The notes beneath the pieces are model-generated. The model had not been told where the DNA came from and searched no databases. It was given only the letters and a program-made list of their open reading frames with translations. A stretch of 64,000 nucleotides of DNA from Methanobacteriota archaeon (lineage in GTDB: Archaea > Halobacteriota > Bog-38 > Methanoflorentales > Methanoflorentaceae), in the NCBI GenBank assembly GCA_963719035.1, contig CAVRAO010000008.1, positions 352,001 to 416,000 of the forward strand, given 5' to 3'. The position numbers and the translations under genes were made by a program. Positions 34,891 through 44,867 of this stretch are shown here, piece by piece. Every line of letters begins with the position of its first letter. The first letter of the stretch is position 1.

Positions 34891-35026
34891 TGATAAACGC
34901 GTGGCCGTTGTTATTGCTGTTTTACTGACCGTACCCCTCCTTTTTTATGATTGAGCTCATCGATGTAGACACCCGGAAACTACCTTGACCTCCCTATTCA
35001 AGGACCAAACCAGGATTTGAAGAGCG

Positions 35027-36109
35027 ATGAACACGTCAGAGATCCTCAGGCTCCGTCTTTATAATTCTGGTCTGAGTCATTCCCCGTTCGAAAATGCCGT
35101 CGATGCAGTCTCCTACCTGGGGGCGGTCCAAGCTCAGGATTTTCCTGCCGCACAATGGGGGCTCGGGCTTCGTGTCAGGAATTCGACCGGCAAAGAGATC
35201 GAGAGTGCGTTTAATGATGGCAAAATCCTGCGTGTTCACGTCATGCGTCCCACTTGGCATTTTGTCCTGCCAGAGGATATCCGCTGGATGCTTGAGTTGA
35301 CCGCACCGCGCGTGAAATCACTTCTCAAAAATTACAATCGGAAACTCGGCCTCGATGAGGCGTTGTTTACCAGGAGCAACGCCGCGATCATCAATGCACT
35401 GGACGGGCACAGTTATCTCACGAGGCAGGAACTCAAGGCCATATTGGCAGACGCAGGTATCGAAACTGACGTTCAGCGCCTGGCCCATATTATCACCCAG
35501 GCGGAGCTCGATGGATTGATCTGCAGCGGACCACGGCGCGGGAAACAATTTACCTATGCCCTGCTGGATGAACGCGTGGAGGAATCGGACAGGCCAGATC
35601 GGGAACAATCACTTGCAAAACTGGCATTCAAATATTTTACTAGCCACGGCCCAGCCCAGCTGAAGGACTTCTCTTGGTGGTCAGGGCTTGCCGCAAAAGA
35701 TGCACGAACGGCCCTTGATATGGTCAAATCAGGGCTGAATCAGGCGATATTTGATAAGAAGACCTATTGGTTCCCCCCTTTTGCAGAGGCTGTGATTCCC
35801 GATCGACCCTCTGCATTATTGCTGTCGGTTTATGACGAATACTCAGTCGCCTATCACGACAGGAGCGATATCAGTGAAGCGCGATATATTGAGCGGATGA
35901 TAGCCATGGGAAATGCCCTGACTGCCGTCATTGTCCTGAACGGGAGGGTGGCAGGGACGTGGAAGAAAGCCTTGAAAAAAGATTCAGTGGAAATCAGGCT
36001 GAAACCTTTCCGGAAACTGGACAAGGATGCGCAGGAAGCAGTTGAGGCAGAGGTTAAACGATACGGAAAGTTCTTTGGGTTACCGGCGGTGATCGTTGAG
36101 GGACTTTGA
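35027..36109 (+). CDS. AlkZ/YcaQ-like (HTH_42) DNA glycosylase family protein
   Basis: GAVQAQD, MRPTWHFV, HGPA..KDFSWWSGL and YDEY motifs. Confidence 0.9.
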   Translation: MNTSEILRLRLYNSGLSHSPFENAVDAVSYLGAVQAQDFPAAQWGLGLRVRNSTGKEIESAFNDGKILRVHVMRPTWHFVLPEDIRWMLELTAPRVKSLLKNYNRKLGLDEALFTRSNAAIINALDGHSYLTRQELKAILADAGIETDVQRLAHIITQAELDGLICSGPRRGKQFTYALLDERVEESDRPDREQSLAKLAFKYFTSHGPAQLKDFSWWSGLAAKDARTALDMVKSGLNQAIFDKKTYWFPPFAEAVIPDRPSALLLSVYDEYSVAYHDRSDISEARYIERMIAMGNALTAVIVLNGRVAGTWKKALKKDSVEIRLKPFRKLDKDAQEAVEAEVKRYGKFFGLPAVIVEGL

Positions 36110-36170
36110 ATCGTGCATCGAAAGCAGGGTTACCGTCTCCTATTGCCGTGCTGAGGTTATGGCGGGGGGA

Positions 36171-37733
36171 TCAGTCTTTCTGAGGTGGTGATGGCTCAGG
36201 ACAGAATGTCTTCTCGATGACCATGGTCCGGTTGTACGGGAGCTTGGCGAGGATCATGCCCTCGATGGTGATGGGGTTCAACTTGCGGGACAGCTCCACA
36301 GCCTGGTCCAGCTTGGCCTGGATGTCGGCGTAGATGGTCAGCACCGGCTCCCCCTCGTCGACGCGGTCCCCTCGCTTCTTATGGAGCAGAACGCCCGCCC
36401 CCTTGTCCCGGGGAGACCCGGCGGCGCGAGCCAACGCGACCAGCTCCTTGTTGTGGATGGCATTGACGTAGCCACACATCTTGGCCGTGATATCGAAGCT
36501 GTACTGCCCAATCTTGATGTCCGTGGACCTGATGTTGGGGTCTCCACCCTGCGCGGCCACGATCTCCCTGAACTTGTCCAGGGCCTTGCCTGACATAAGC
36601 AGCTCCCGGGCCTTGGCCTCTCCACGCTTCATCCCGCCCATCTCTAGCAACATGCCGGCCACTCCGCAGGCCTTCTCGATGACGCTGTTGGGATGCTTCT
36701 CGCCCTCTAGTATGGCGATGGCCTCCCTTGCCTCCAAGGCCGGGCCGATAGCCCGCCCCACCGGCTGCCCACCGTAGGTGATGGCACACTCCACGCGGAT
36801 GCCCAGCCTTTCACCCAGGTCGACGAAGTCCTTGGCGTACACCGTCGCCTTCTCCATGGTGGGCACCTTGGTCTCCGCGCCCATCGGGATATCAATGACC
36901 AGGTATTCCGCCCCCACCGCCTTCTTCTTGCTCATGACTGAGGCCAGGAGCTGGGCGTGGGGATCGATGCCGAGCGGATACTCCACTCTAATGATGAGGT
37001 CATCGGCCGGGGCGAGGTTCACCGATCCGCCCCAGACCAATGCCCCTCCCGTGGTCTCCGCGATGCTGCGAAGCTTGTTACCGTCGAAGTCCACTCTGGC
37101 GAACACCTCCACGATGTCGGAGGTACCCGCCGCCGAGCTGATGGCCCGGGAGGAGGTCTTGGGGATCAGCAGTCCGGCTGCCGCGACTATCGGGACCACG
37201 ATCAGGGTGATCTTGTTGCCCGGACATCCTCCGACGGAATGGAAGTCGAACACCGGGGAACGGTCGAACTCGACCGTCTCTCCGGTTTCTACCATCGCCT
37301 TGGTCAGGTCGGCGGTTTCCCGCAAGTTCATCCCGTTGGTGTAGAGCGAGGCGACATACGCGGTCAGTTCGATATTGCTGAGGTTGTGGGAGGAGATATC
37401 GCCGATGATCGCCCGGATCTCCTCGGTGGTCAGCTCCTCACCGTCGAGCTTCTTTTTGATAAACTCGATCGATTCGGGTTTGGACGTCGCCACCACCTCG
37501 ATGAGCTCGTCGGGCTCTGGTCCGAGCGCGGACCACGCCTTGCCCAGGATCCCCACCTCCCCCTCATTCACCACCGTGTCAGTGGTTTGCACCACGGTCA
37601 CCGCGGAGCTGCGCTCGTGCTTGATGCGCACCCTGTCCTGTTCCCTTACTCCGATCTCCAGGGCATTCTCAATATGGAGGACAACGGTGAATTCCGAGGA
37701 TTCCATATCGATGTACTTCGCCTTGAGCTGCAT
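36171..37733 (-). CDS. deoA: AMP phosphorylase
   Basis: HSVGGCPGN, KTSSRAISSAAGT and the N-terminal AMPpase extension; in an operon with RuBisCO. Confidence 0.96.
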   Translation of the reverse strand: MQLKAKYIDMESSEFTVVLHIENALEIGVREQDRVRIKHERSSAVTVVQTTDTVVNEGEVGILGKAWSALGPEPDELIEVVATSKPESIEFIKKKLDGEELTTEEIRAIIGDISSHNLSNIELTAYVASLYTNGMNLRETADLTKAMVETGETVEFDRSPVFDFHSVGGCPGNKITLIVVPIVAAAGLLIPKTSSRAISSAAGTSDIVEVFARVDFDGNKLRSIAETTGGALVWGGSVNLAPADDLIIRVEYPLGIDPHAQLLASVMSKKKAVGAEYLVIDIPMGAETKVPTMEKATVYAKDFVDLGERLGIRVECAITYGGQPVGRAIGPALEAREAIAILEGEKHPNSVIEKACGVAGMLLEMGGMKRGEAKARELLMSGKALDKFREIVAAQGGDPNIRSTDIKIGQYSFDITAKMCGYVNAIHNKELVALARAAGSPRDKGAGVLLHKKRGDRVDEGEPVLTIYADIQAKLDQAVELSRKLNPITIEGMILAKLPYNRTMVIEKTFCPEPSPPQKD

Positions 37734-37735
37734 GT

Positions 37736-38974
37736 TTATCCCCACTTTTTAATCGCTTCTCGGAGATCCGGATGACTCTTGGAATATTCCAAGAGCGGTA
37801 TCCCCTGGTATACCGCGTCGACCGCCTGTACCATGGCCCGAGCCCCGGCCCGGACCCCTCCAGGGTGTCCGGCAACGCCCCCTCCCGCTTGAATCTGAAC
37901 ATCGGTGCCGGTGATCTTCGCCAACGGCTCGATGAGCGCGGGGTGCATCCCGCCGGAGCAGACTGGCATCACTTTCTCGTACGGAAGCTCCGGCCCGACG
38001 CATGCGCGCTGGTTGGCGAGGTCTTCAGCAGCGCTGCTCTTCATCTTCCCCACCCCGAATGTCCCTACGTGCAGGGCATCCCCACCGCACATGCGGACCA
38101 GTTTGGAGAAAACTGCCATCGATACCCCCAGGTCCTTATTGCGGGTAATGGCGCCGTGCATGGTGCGGTGGACATGGATAGGGAGCTGGATGGAGGGGTC
38201 CTCGGCGAGCGCCTGGACCGCGGCGAAACCGCACGTGAACACATCGACCATAAGCTCCGAAGCCCCCAGTTCCTGGGCGCGTTCAGCGACTTCTAGGACC
38301 CGGTCTCCCCTGGTGGAGACGTTGATGGCGTGCATCATAACGTGCCCCGTCTCCGCCTTGACCCGGTCGATGGCCTCGGCGATGGCGACCACCCTGTCCT
38401 CCAGCGGGCAGAACCTCTGGTTGGATAACGTCTCGTCATCCTTGCCGTTGGTCAGCCCCCCCATTCCAGCCTCGTACACGAAGTCGGCCGTGTCATGGGG
38501 AGGCAGCCCGATCTTCGGCTTGACGATCGTACCTACCAGAGGCTTGTCCGGTCTCTTGAGGGCCTTCCTCAACCCAGGGATGCCGAACTTGGGACCCTTG
38601 AACGCGTGCAGCATGCCGCGGGGGAACTCCACGTCCTCCAGACGCACACCCTTCAGCCCCTCTAGGCCAAACAGGTTCCCCGCAATGACGCTCAGGATCT
38701 GGGGCACCCCCCCGATGTCTAGGCTGAAATCGTCCTCCGGGTAGGCGATGGTCGCGACGTTGCCCTTGATGTCGATGACCCGTCCATGGTATCGCTTGAA
38801 GATCTCATCGTTGAGGGTGGAGATGCCCGTCCAGGTCCCCGTGGACTGCTCGGTGGCGACGGCCGCCGCGGCGAGCCTGATGTCCATGTCGGTCGTGATC
38901 TTGTATGTGCAGATGACATGGGCATCGGGGTCGACGTGCTCTCCCAGGTGCAGATATTTCTCCGAATATTCCAT
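37736..38974 (-). CDS. rbcL: Archaeal form III-type RuBisCO large subunit
   Basis: EQSTGTW, GN, KPK, KDDE, HR, H..T.GKM, SGG and GGG catalytic motifs all present. Confidence 0.93.
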   Translation of the reverse strand: MEYSEKYLHLGEHVDPDAHVICTYKITTDMDIRLAAAAVATEQSTGTWTGISTLNDEIFKRYHGRVIDIKGNVATIAYPEDDFSLDIGGVPQILSVIAGNLFGLEGLKGVRLEDVEFPRGMLHAFKGPKFGIPGLRKALKRPDKPLVGTIVKPKIGLPPHDTADFVYEAGMGGLTNGKDDETLSNQRFCPLEDRVVAIAEAIDRVKAETGHVMMHAINVSTRGDRVLEVAERAQELGASELMVDVFTCGFAAVQALAEDPSIQLPIHVHRTMHGAITRNKDLGVSMAVFSKLVRMCGGDALHVGTFGVGKMKSSAAEDLANQRACVGPELPYEKVMPVCSGGMHPALIEPLAKITGTDVQIQAGGGVAGHPGGVRAGARAMVQAVDAVYQGIPLLEYSKSHPDLREAIKKWG

Positions 38975-38976
38975 GT

Positions 38977-39930
38977 TCAACCCTCGTTGGCCTCGAAGAT
39001 GGACTCCTGTCCGAGTTCCCTGACTATTACCTCGTAAGCGGCATAGGGGGAGATCAGCCCGATCTCGGTGACGATGGAATCGATGTGCTCGGCGGGAGTG
39101 GAGTCGAAGACCGGGTTTCGGACTTTTACCCCAGCCGGCAACTGGTGGGGGTCCACGATCTCGCTGGCGTCCCGTTCCTCGATCTCTACGAGCTCCCCCA
39201 TGACGGTCTTAGGGGAGAACTTGTAGGTCTCCGCGCAGACGATGAACGGTACCCTTACCTCCTCAGCGGCCATGGCTATCTGGGAGGTGCCGATCTTGTT
39301 AATGAGCGCTCCGTTGGAGCAGATGGTGTCCGCCCCCACCAGCACGATGTCGACCTCCTTCATGATCCAGCGCACCGCGCTGTCGACGATAAGTGTAGAG
39401 GGGATCTGGGCGGCGGAGAGGTCCCTCACCGTCAGCAGCCCCTGCCTCCACGGGCGGGACTCGGTGGCATAGACGCTGATGTCCTTGCCATCGGCGTGGG
39501 CGGCCTTGATGACGCTCAGCGCGGCCTTGCTGTTGCAATGGGTGAGGACGGTCATCCCGCTCTTCAACCGCTTAGAGCCTATCCGCCCAATGGTCTCGAC
39601 GGCCTTACTCGACCGTTCTATGAAACGGTCGGCGTTGGATATCACCAAGGCGCGAAGCTCTTCCGTCTCCCTCGCCTTGGACGTCCCCCTCAAGGTGGCC
39701 TGGACCGCGTTCCAGAGCGATATGGCGGTGGGCCGGGAGCAGATGAGCGCCCTCCTGCCCTCCTCCAGACGCCGATGCAGTTCCGCGAGGTCATCGCCCT
39801 GATATTCCTGGGCCTGCTCCCGGAGCGCTTCAGCTGCGCTCCTGGCGATCAGCCCAGCTCCCCTGAGCTCCATGCTTTTGATAGATTCAGTGATCTCGAT
39901 CAATCCCAAGGCAACACCGTCCTTGTCCAC
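38977..39930 (-). CDS. Ribose-1,5-bisphosphate isomerase (eIF2B-like)
   Basis: RGAG, RPTA, THCNS, ESRP, GAD and NKIGT motifs. Confidence 0.95.
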   Translation of the reverse strand: MDKDGVALGLIEITESIKSMELRGAGLIARSAAEALREQAQEYQGDDLAELHRRLEEGRRALICSRPTAISLWNAVQATLRGTSKARETEELRALVISNADRFIERSSKAVETIGRIGSKRLKSGMTVLTHCNSKAALSVIKAAHADGKDISVYATESRPWRQGLLTVRDLSAAQIPSTLIVDSAVRWIMKEVDIVLVGADTICSNGALINKIGTSQIAMAAEEVRVPFIVCAETYKFSPKTVMGELVEIEERDASEIVDPHQLPAGVKVRNPVFDSTPAEHIDSIVTEIGLISPYAAYEVIVRELGQESIFEANEG

Positions 39931-39979
39931 ATGAACTCAGTGGCACGACATATAGTTTAGCGGTCCGACGGTCAAACAC

Positions 39980-40158
39980 TTTCCGTATCTGGTGGCGGTT
40001 GAGGAGAGCAGGAACGCCGCTTCGGTCCTTGGACTGGATGGAGGGATCGTAGGATCGCTAGCCAAGCCACACAGGGACTCTCGGTTAACTTCCCAGTGAG
40101 GACGAACGACGGTACCATCAAGGTGTTCGCCGGTTACTAAATCCAGCACAACAATGCC
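39980..40158 (+). pseudogene. gdhA: Glutamate dehydrogenase 5' remnant
   Basis: PYLVAVEE..NAASVLGLD...LAKPHR/SVNFPVRTNDGTIKVFAGY*IQHNNA. Confidence 0.88.
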
Positions 40159-40240
40159 GTTCTAGTACATTCATGGCGCCTTCGCAACGCGAAGGTACAC
40201 AAATGATCGATTTCTAGAGCCCGCTTTCGAAGCGGCCTCG

Positions 40241-43200
40241 CTACAGTGGAGGAGACAAGGGGACTCCATCCTCGATCTTAGACAGGGCTGAGTTCGGGAG
40301 CAATCTCTGACGGAACCGCTCTGGTATCAGGTCCCCAATGCGAGCAGTGGCCGCACAGATCACCGAATCCGCAGCGCCATAGTAGACGATCAGTTCATCA
40401 TCCGCATCGAGGATGCCCTTCTCCCCGTCTCTTGGGACGGCTCCACATGTGTACACGACGCGGGGAACCCACGACCGCTCATCCTCGCCCAGCTCCCATT
40501 CGTCTTCCGGCTCTAGAATGAAGTTGGGGGAACGATAGAGCAGTTTAGCGGGATTGTCCAGGTCCAAAAGCATAACCCCCAGCCGATAGATATGCGCATA
40601 GTCGACTCCGTGGGTGATGAGCAACCAGCCGAACCTGGTTTTGATCGGCTGTGAGCCGCCGCCGATCTTGGTCGCATCCCACATCATCCCGCAGGTGGCT
40701 CCCGCCAGTATTTTATGCATCTTTCTGGGCCAGGGGCAGCTCAGGTGGGGAGAGAAGGTCACCCATATATGCGGATCCACGCGATGCAGCATCGCGTACT
40801 TCCCGTTGAACTGCTCCGGAAACAAGGTGGCATCTTTGTTGAAGATTCCGGGGAACACCATACCGTGTCTCTCCCAGGCTTTCCAGCGTCTATGCAGAAA
40901 CGCATCCACTGGAATTGACGCTAAGGCGATTTGGGCCGTCATGCCATCGTAGGCAGTGTAGGTCATGTAAATATGATCCCCCATCCGTGTCAGACGAGGA
41001 TCCTCGCACCCTTGAGCGTCCGCCTTTCCCTCCGGCTCGAAGATGGGATGATCGAGCCGGCGTGTGAATCTGAATCCGTCGTCGCTGATGGCGAGGCCTA
41101 GCCGCGAGACGTTGTCTTCGCCGAATGCACGATAAACCAGATAGATCTTGCCATCCAATTTGATCGCGCCCGCATTGAGCACATATCTGGATTCCCAGGG
41201 ATGGTCTTTGACGGGCTTGAGCGCCGGATTATGCGCATACCGCTTTAGCATTCCGGCCGGAGACTGCCCTTCGATGGGACATGCTGTTGCTTCGGGCATG
41301 ATTTCGCTGGCTTCCTTTTCCGTTCCCAGCACCAGTCGGGCCAAATCTTCCCGTGCCCTTCCCTGTCCCATCAACTCGGTCACCTTCCCTCTCAAGTCTT
41401 CTTCGTTCCCTCCGGCAGCTTTGAAATATTCGAGGAGGAACTCCCTGGACGCCCAATCCGTCTCTACGTGCGCTGAGAGGGGTGGGGGAGAAGTCCTGCC
41501 CCCTCTGAAGCTGTAGCTCGCCCACGACCATGCGGAGCACGTCACAAAGCCGCCATCAGGGAGCGACAATGCCAGATGATAGGAATCGGCTACCGATCTG
41601 AGATCATCGGCTAGCGCCAGTCGATCCTTATTGCCCGGATTCTTCATGGCGATGGCCTCAGCCATCTGGCGCAGGCGCGTGGCCACTGATTGATGGATGG
41701 CGGCTTCGAATATACAGTGCGCCGAGAGAGGGTTTCTTCCCCAGTGGCCCTCAATCGACTCAATGATCTTCCGGCCAAAGTTCTTTCGCTCCAACGCAAA
41801 TCCCTGCCACACCTGACCGAACATTTCAGCCTCGACGATATTCTTGACAATGGTCGTCAGGTATCGTAGCCGGGGTAATTCACCGCCCATCCCCTTATGA
41901 AGGCTGGTCACCAAAATGCTGGAGCCCAATTTATCGAGGGCAGAAGAATCCTGCATCTCCGCCAGCGACGGGAAATCATCGCCATTGACCACGAGCGACT
42001 TAATATCGCAGGGGCCAGCATGTTCGGAACGAATGGCCTCCCGAATGAAGCCCCAGAGCCCCTCGACGTAGTCCCGATCCTCTACCCAGCTCACCAATGC
42101 CAGAACGTCCCGGGGATCGTATTTTTGCAGGAGTTCATCCAGCGTGTCAAAACCGAGTATGATCGGCAGAACCGTCGGCGGCATTTGCGCCAATATCGCA
42201 GAGATCAATTCGGGAACCAGGGAGAAGGCCTCCTGATGGGGGCAGTCGGCAAAAACAGCGTCGACCACCTGTTGGGTGCCTTCGATGGTCGAGAGATCGA
42301 TATCGGGGAAAAGACGGTTCTCCACAGAGAGGAGGAATTTGTGGACAGCACGAGACGTTTCCTGAGAGCTGGCTTCGCGCCGGACTCCCAGCCGCTCATA
42401 GACGAAATGCTCGAATTCTTGGCGGCGTCTGGCAAACACCGAATCATAAACATCGTTTGCCGTGACGATACCGCCGTCGGGGGCTCGTAACTGCGACGGA
42501 ACCACCAGAGGCACGCCGGGAATGAACTCCCGATAGGTCACATGGGGCACCGGGGGTTTGAGCGCTTCGGCCTGCTCCTGCCATGCTGCCATGAATGTCG
42601 GCCTCTGAACGAGGAACTCATTCACCAGCGCTTCGGTCCGCGACTCGGCTTCGATGGAGATGAGATGGTCGGCATTCACAGGGGCGGTCGACTCCAGTTC
42701 AGTCTTCAGCGCTTCGATTTCGATCAAGTTGCAACCGGTGAACCCTTCATACAGTGGAATGACGGAATCGCCTAAGTCATCCTGGGAAAAGTCTCGATTG
42801 AAGGCATAAGCCAAAAGCAGAGTATACAGGATGGTCGTCCACAGGCCGGCTGAGAATGTGAACTCCCTCGCTTGGACGTCAGCCATATTCTCCAGTTGCC
42901 GGTAGATCTCAGCCGGGAATATCTTGTCGTACAGCCAATGGAATTGGTTGAAACCCTCCTGATATTTGGCCATCAGCACATCCGTAGTCGTCTCTGAATC
43001 CACAGGCCGGTGCGATTTCCGAACGCCGACTGTCGGTAATCGTTTCAGAATAGGCGGCTCTTCAGTGATTTGAGTCGATTGCCACCAACCCTGGTCTTTA
43101 AGAATTTGATCGAATAGCGATCGGGTCATCTGCCGGAACACCAGTTCCCGCTTCGCTCCTGATTCTTTATGGATTTTCACCCCGAGGTTGGCTTCGCCGA

Positions 43201-43948
43201 TCCGGGCGTTGGTGACGATAGCGTTGGTGACAAGCCAAGCATCTACCCCATGTCCACTGGTTGTTGTGTTCCAGTTGCGGCGCGCATCATCCCGATACAC
43301 CCGAAGCAGTTGGTGGGCAATGCCCCAGAGGCCGCTCCTGAGGGAATAGACCGGAGAGTTGTACACTGAACTGAGCAATGGATACGTCAGACTGGCGTGC
43401 GTGAGGACGTCCGGATAAGGCAAATTGAACCGAGAGACCACCAGATCCATCTGACCACGCTTGACGGGGTCGAGCAAAGACCGAATCCACTCCGGGGCAA
43501 GCCCCAGCACTTCTTCTTTGCTGCTTCTGCTGGCCAGATCGGCCTCCAGCAGGACCAGATCGCTACCCAGTCGATCCGCGATCTCTATGATCGCGCGGAT
43601 ACTCCAACCCTTCCCATCCAGTAGGTCATCGTCGAATGTGAAGGCGATCCGCTCCACAAGGGATTCCTTCCTTAGACGCGTGGAGTTGATGGCCTCGAGC
43701 GCTTTTCCGCCCGCCGGAGACCCGGCGGCCACGATCACCGATTTCGCATCGGGATAGTATTGATCCAGTCCCTGGACGGCCGTCCTTAACACGTGACCAA
43801 TCGAGTCCGCTTCATTGAAGAAGGGAATCCCCACAACGATATCCGCTGCGCCTATGTGCTGCGCCTGACCGAGAGGGCCCTTTATCGCCTTCCGAAAACG
43901 GTCCCGCAGCTGGTTGCGGCTCGCGATTCCATTCAGAGGGATTGGCAC
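40241..43948 (-). CDS. Fusion of a GT-A glycosyltransferase (glucosyl-/mannosylglycerate-synthase-like), a central region and a GH130 glycoside phosphorylase
   Basis: DIVVGIPFFNE..IGHV and EADL at the N-terminus; NP.LKP, NAGA, YRA, EDPR, KDATLFPE and HGV at the C-terminus. Confidence 0.85.
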   Translation of the reverse strand: MPIPLNGIASRNQLRDRFRKAIKGPLGQAQHIGAADIVVGIPFFNEADSIGHVLRTAVQGLDQYYPDAKSVIVAAGSPAGGKALEAINSTRLRKESLVERIAFTFDDDLLDGKGWSIRAIIEIADRLGSDLVLLEADLASRSSKEEVLGLAPEWIRSLLDPVKRGQMDLVVSRFNLPYPDVLTHASLTYPLLSSVYNSPVYSLRSGLWGIAHQLLRVYRDDARRNWNTTTSGHGVDAWLVTNAIVTNARIGEANLGVKIHKESGAKRELVFRQMTRSLFDQILKDQGWWQSTQITEEPPILKRLPTVGVRKSHRPVDSETTTDVLMAKYQEGFNQFHWLYDKIFPAEIYRQLENMADVQAREFTFSAGLWTTILYTLLLAYAFNRDFSQDDLGDSVIPLYEGFTGCNLIEIEALKTELESTAPVNADHLISIEAESRTEALVNEFLVQRPTFMAAWQEQAEALKPPVPHVTYREFIPGVPLVVPSQLRAPDGGIVTANDVYDSVFARRRQEFEHFVYERLGVRREASSQETSRAVHKFLLSVENRLFPDIDLSTIEGTQQVVDAVFADCPHQEAFSLVPELISAILAQMPPTVLPIILGFDTLDELLQKYDPRDVLALVSWVEDRDYVEGLWGFIREAIRSEHAGPCDIKSLVVNGDDFPSLAEMQDSSALDKLGSSILVTSLHKGMGGELPRLRYLTTIVKNIVEAEMFGQVWQGFALERKNFGRKIIESIEGHWGRNPLSAHCIFEAAIHQSVATRLRQMAEAIAMKNPGNKDRLALADDLRSVADSYHLALSLPDGGFVTCSAWSWASYSFRGGRTSPPPLSAHVETDWASREFLLEYFKAAGGNEEDLRGKVTELMGQGRAREDLARLVLGTEKEASEIMPEATACPIEGQSPAGMLKRYAHNPALKPVKDHPWESRYVLNAGAIKLDGKIYLVYRAFGEDNVSRLGLAISDDGFRFTRRLDHPIFEPEGKADAQGCEDPRLTRMGDHIYMTYTAYDGMTAQIALASIPVDAFLHRRWKAWERHGMVFPGIFNKDATLFPEQFNGKYAMLHRVDPHIWVTFSPHLSCPWPRKMHKILAGATCGMMWDATKIGGGSQPIKTRFGWLLITHGVDYAHIYRLGVMLLDLDNPAKLLYRSPNFILEPEDEWELGEDERSWVPRVVYTCGAVPRDGEKGILDADDELIVYYGAADSVICAATARIGDLIPERFRQRLLPNSALSKIEDGVPLSPPL

Positions 43949-44173
43949 TTTATGCTCCTTTGGGAATCCTGGTCAAGACCTGGAAACCCCCCGACCCGGT
44001 ATGTGGAATTTCAAGGGGTCTTACCACCTTCTCTGTCCATGCAATATGTCTCTTTCTGCTGCGACTGCTGTGTGGCAGCCTATCACGTCCACACAAAGGT
44101 TTGACTGCGTTAGATTAGATCGGGCGCCACTAAGGTCTGATAAATTTAGTTTTGTTTTTTCAACCTGCCGCCG

Positions 44174-44200
44174 TAAGCGTTTGTGGAGAGACGTTCGCAG
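44174..44200 (+). repeat. 27-bp direct repeat, copy 2
   Basis: TAAGCGTTTGTGGAGAGACGTTCGCAG. Confidence 0.9.
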
Positions 44201-44256
44201 TAAAACGACAACACCCGCCTTTGTTGGATGTTGCTCTGCAACATCGACACATTTAT

Positions 44257-44433
44257 TTAATCATCCTCAATGCCCTCAAGAACTTCTTCTAAGATCTCTC
44301 TCACCCGCCTATTGGTCATCGCAGCAGAACGGGCCAGCTTCGTTTCAGGGAACGAAACGTCTTTAGACAGTTGGTCTAGGTCTTCTTTCTCATGGTTGAG
44401 CAAGTCAAGAACCTCTAATAGCCTCTCTTTCAT
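44257..44433 (-). CDS. Small helical hypothetical protein (58 aa)
   Basis: GAGGTGA RBS; MKERLLEVLDLLNHEKEDLDQLSKDVSFPETKLARSAAMTNRRVREILEEVLEGIEDD. Confidence 0.75.
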   Translation of the reverse strand: MKERLLEVLDLLNHEKEDLDQLSKDVSFPETKLARSAAMTNRRVREILEEVLEGIEDD

Positions 44434-44507
44434 TTATTCACCTCTTATAATCAGAAGGTTTCATAACAGTCCTTCTGCCATCTTTTTCACCTTTTTAAAA
44501 ATACTTG

Positions 44508-44792
44508 CTAACTAAACTTTGCAGCAGAGCGTAACGTAACGTTTTGAATCTCCAGGCCTCTCCCTCTGTTGCTGTCAACGTTCAGTTTCTTAACGTAGTG
44601 CGAACATTCATTTTTGCATTTTAGTATCTCGATAGGAACGCCGGTCATATACCACGCGCACATAGGGCCGTTAGACTCCGTACGGTATGCTTCGCGTTCA
44701 CGTTTACAGCGGCGATATACGAAGACGCACTTGCTACACGGAGCTGGAACTATGCCAGAACCGTCCCCCACAAATCTACTATAGTCAGTCAT
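44508..44792 (-). CDS. Small Cys4-family protein
   Basis: PCSKC...CAWYMTGVPIEILKCKNEC. Confidence 0.65.
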   Translation of the reverse strand: MTDYSRFVGDGSGIVPAPCSKCVFVYRRCKREREAYRTESNGPMCAWYMTGVPIEILKCKNECSHYVKKLNVDSNRGRGLEIQNVTLRSAAKFS

Positions 44793-44867
44793 CTGCTTCC
44801 GTGGAAAAAAAGCAGCCTTCGATTATGCTCGATTATATATTGTTGACTGCTGCTAACAACGGACTGC

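Noticed and set aside
37736-38974. RuBisCO-like protein (form IV)
   Set aside because: The catalytic residues are present, and the gene lies between AMP phosphorylase and R15P isomerase.
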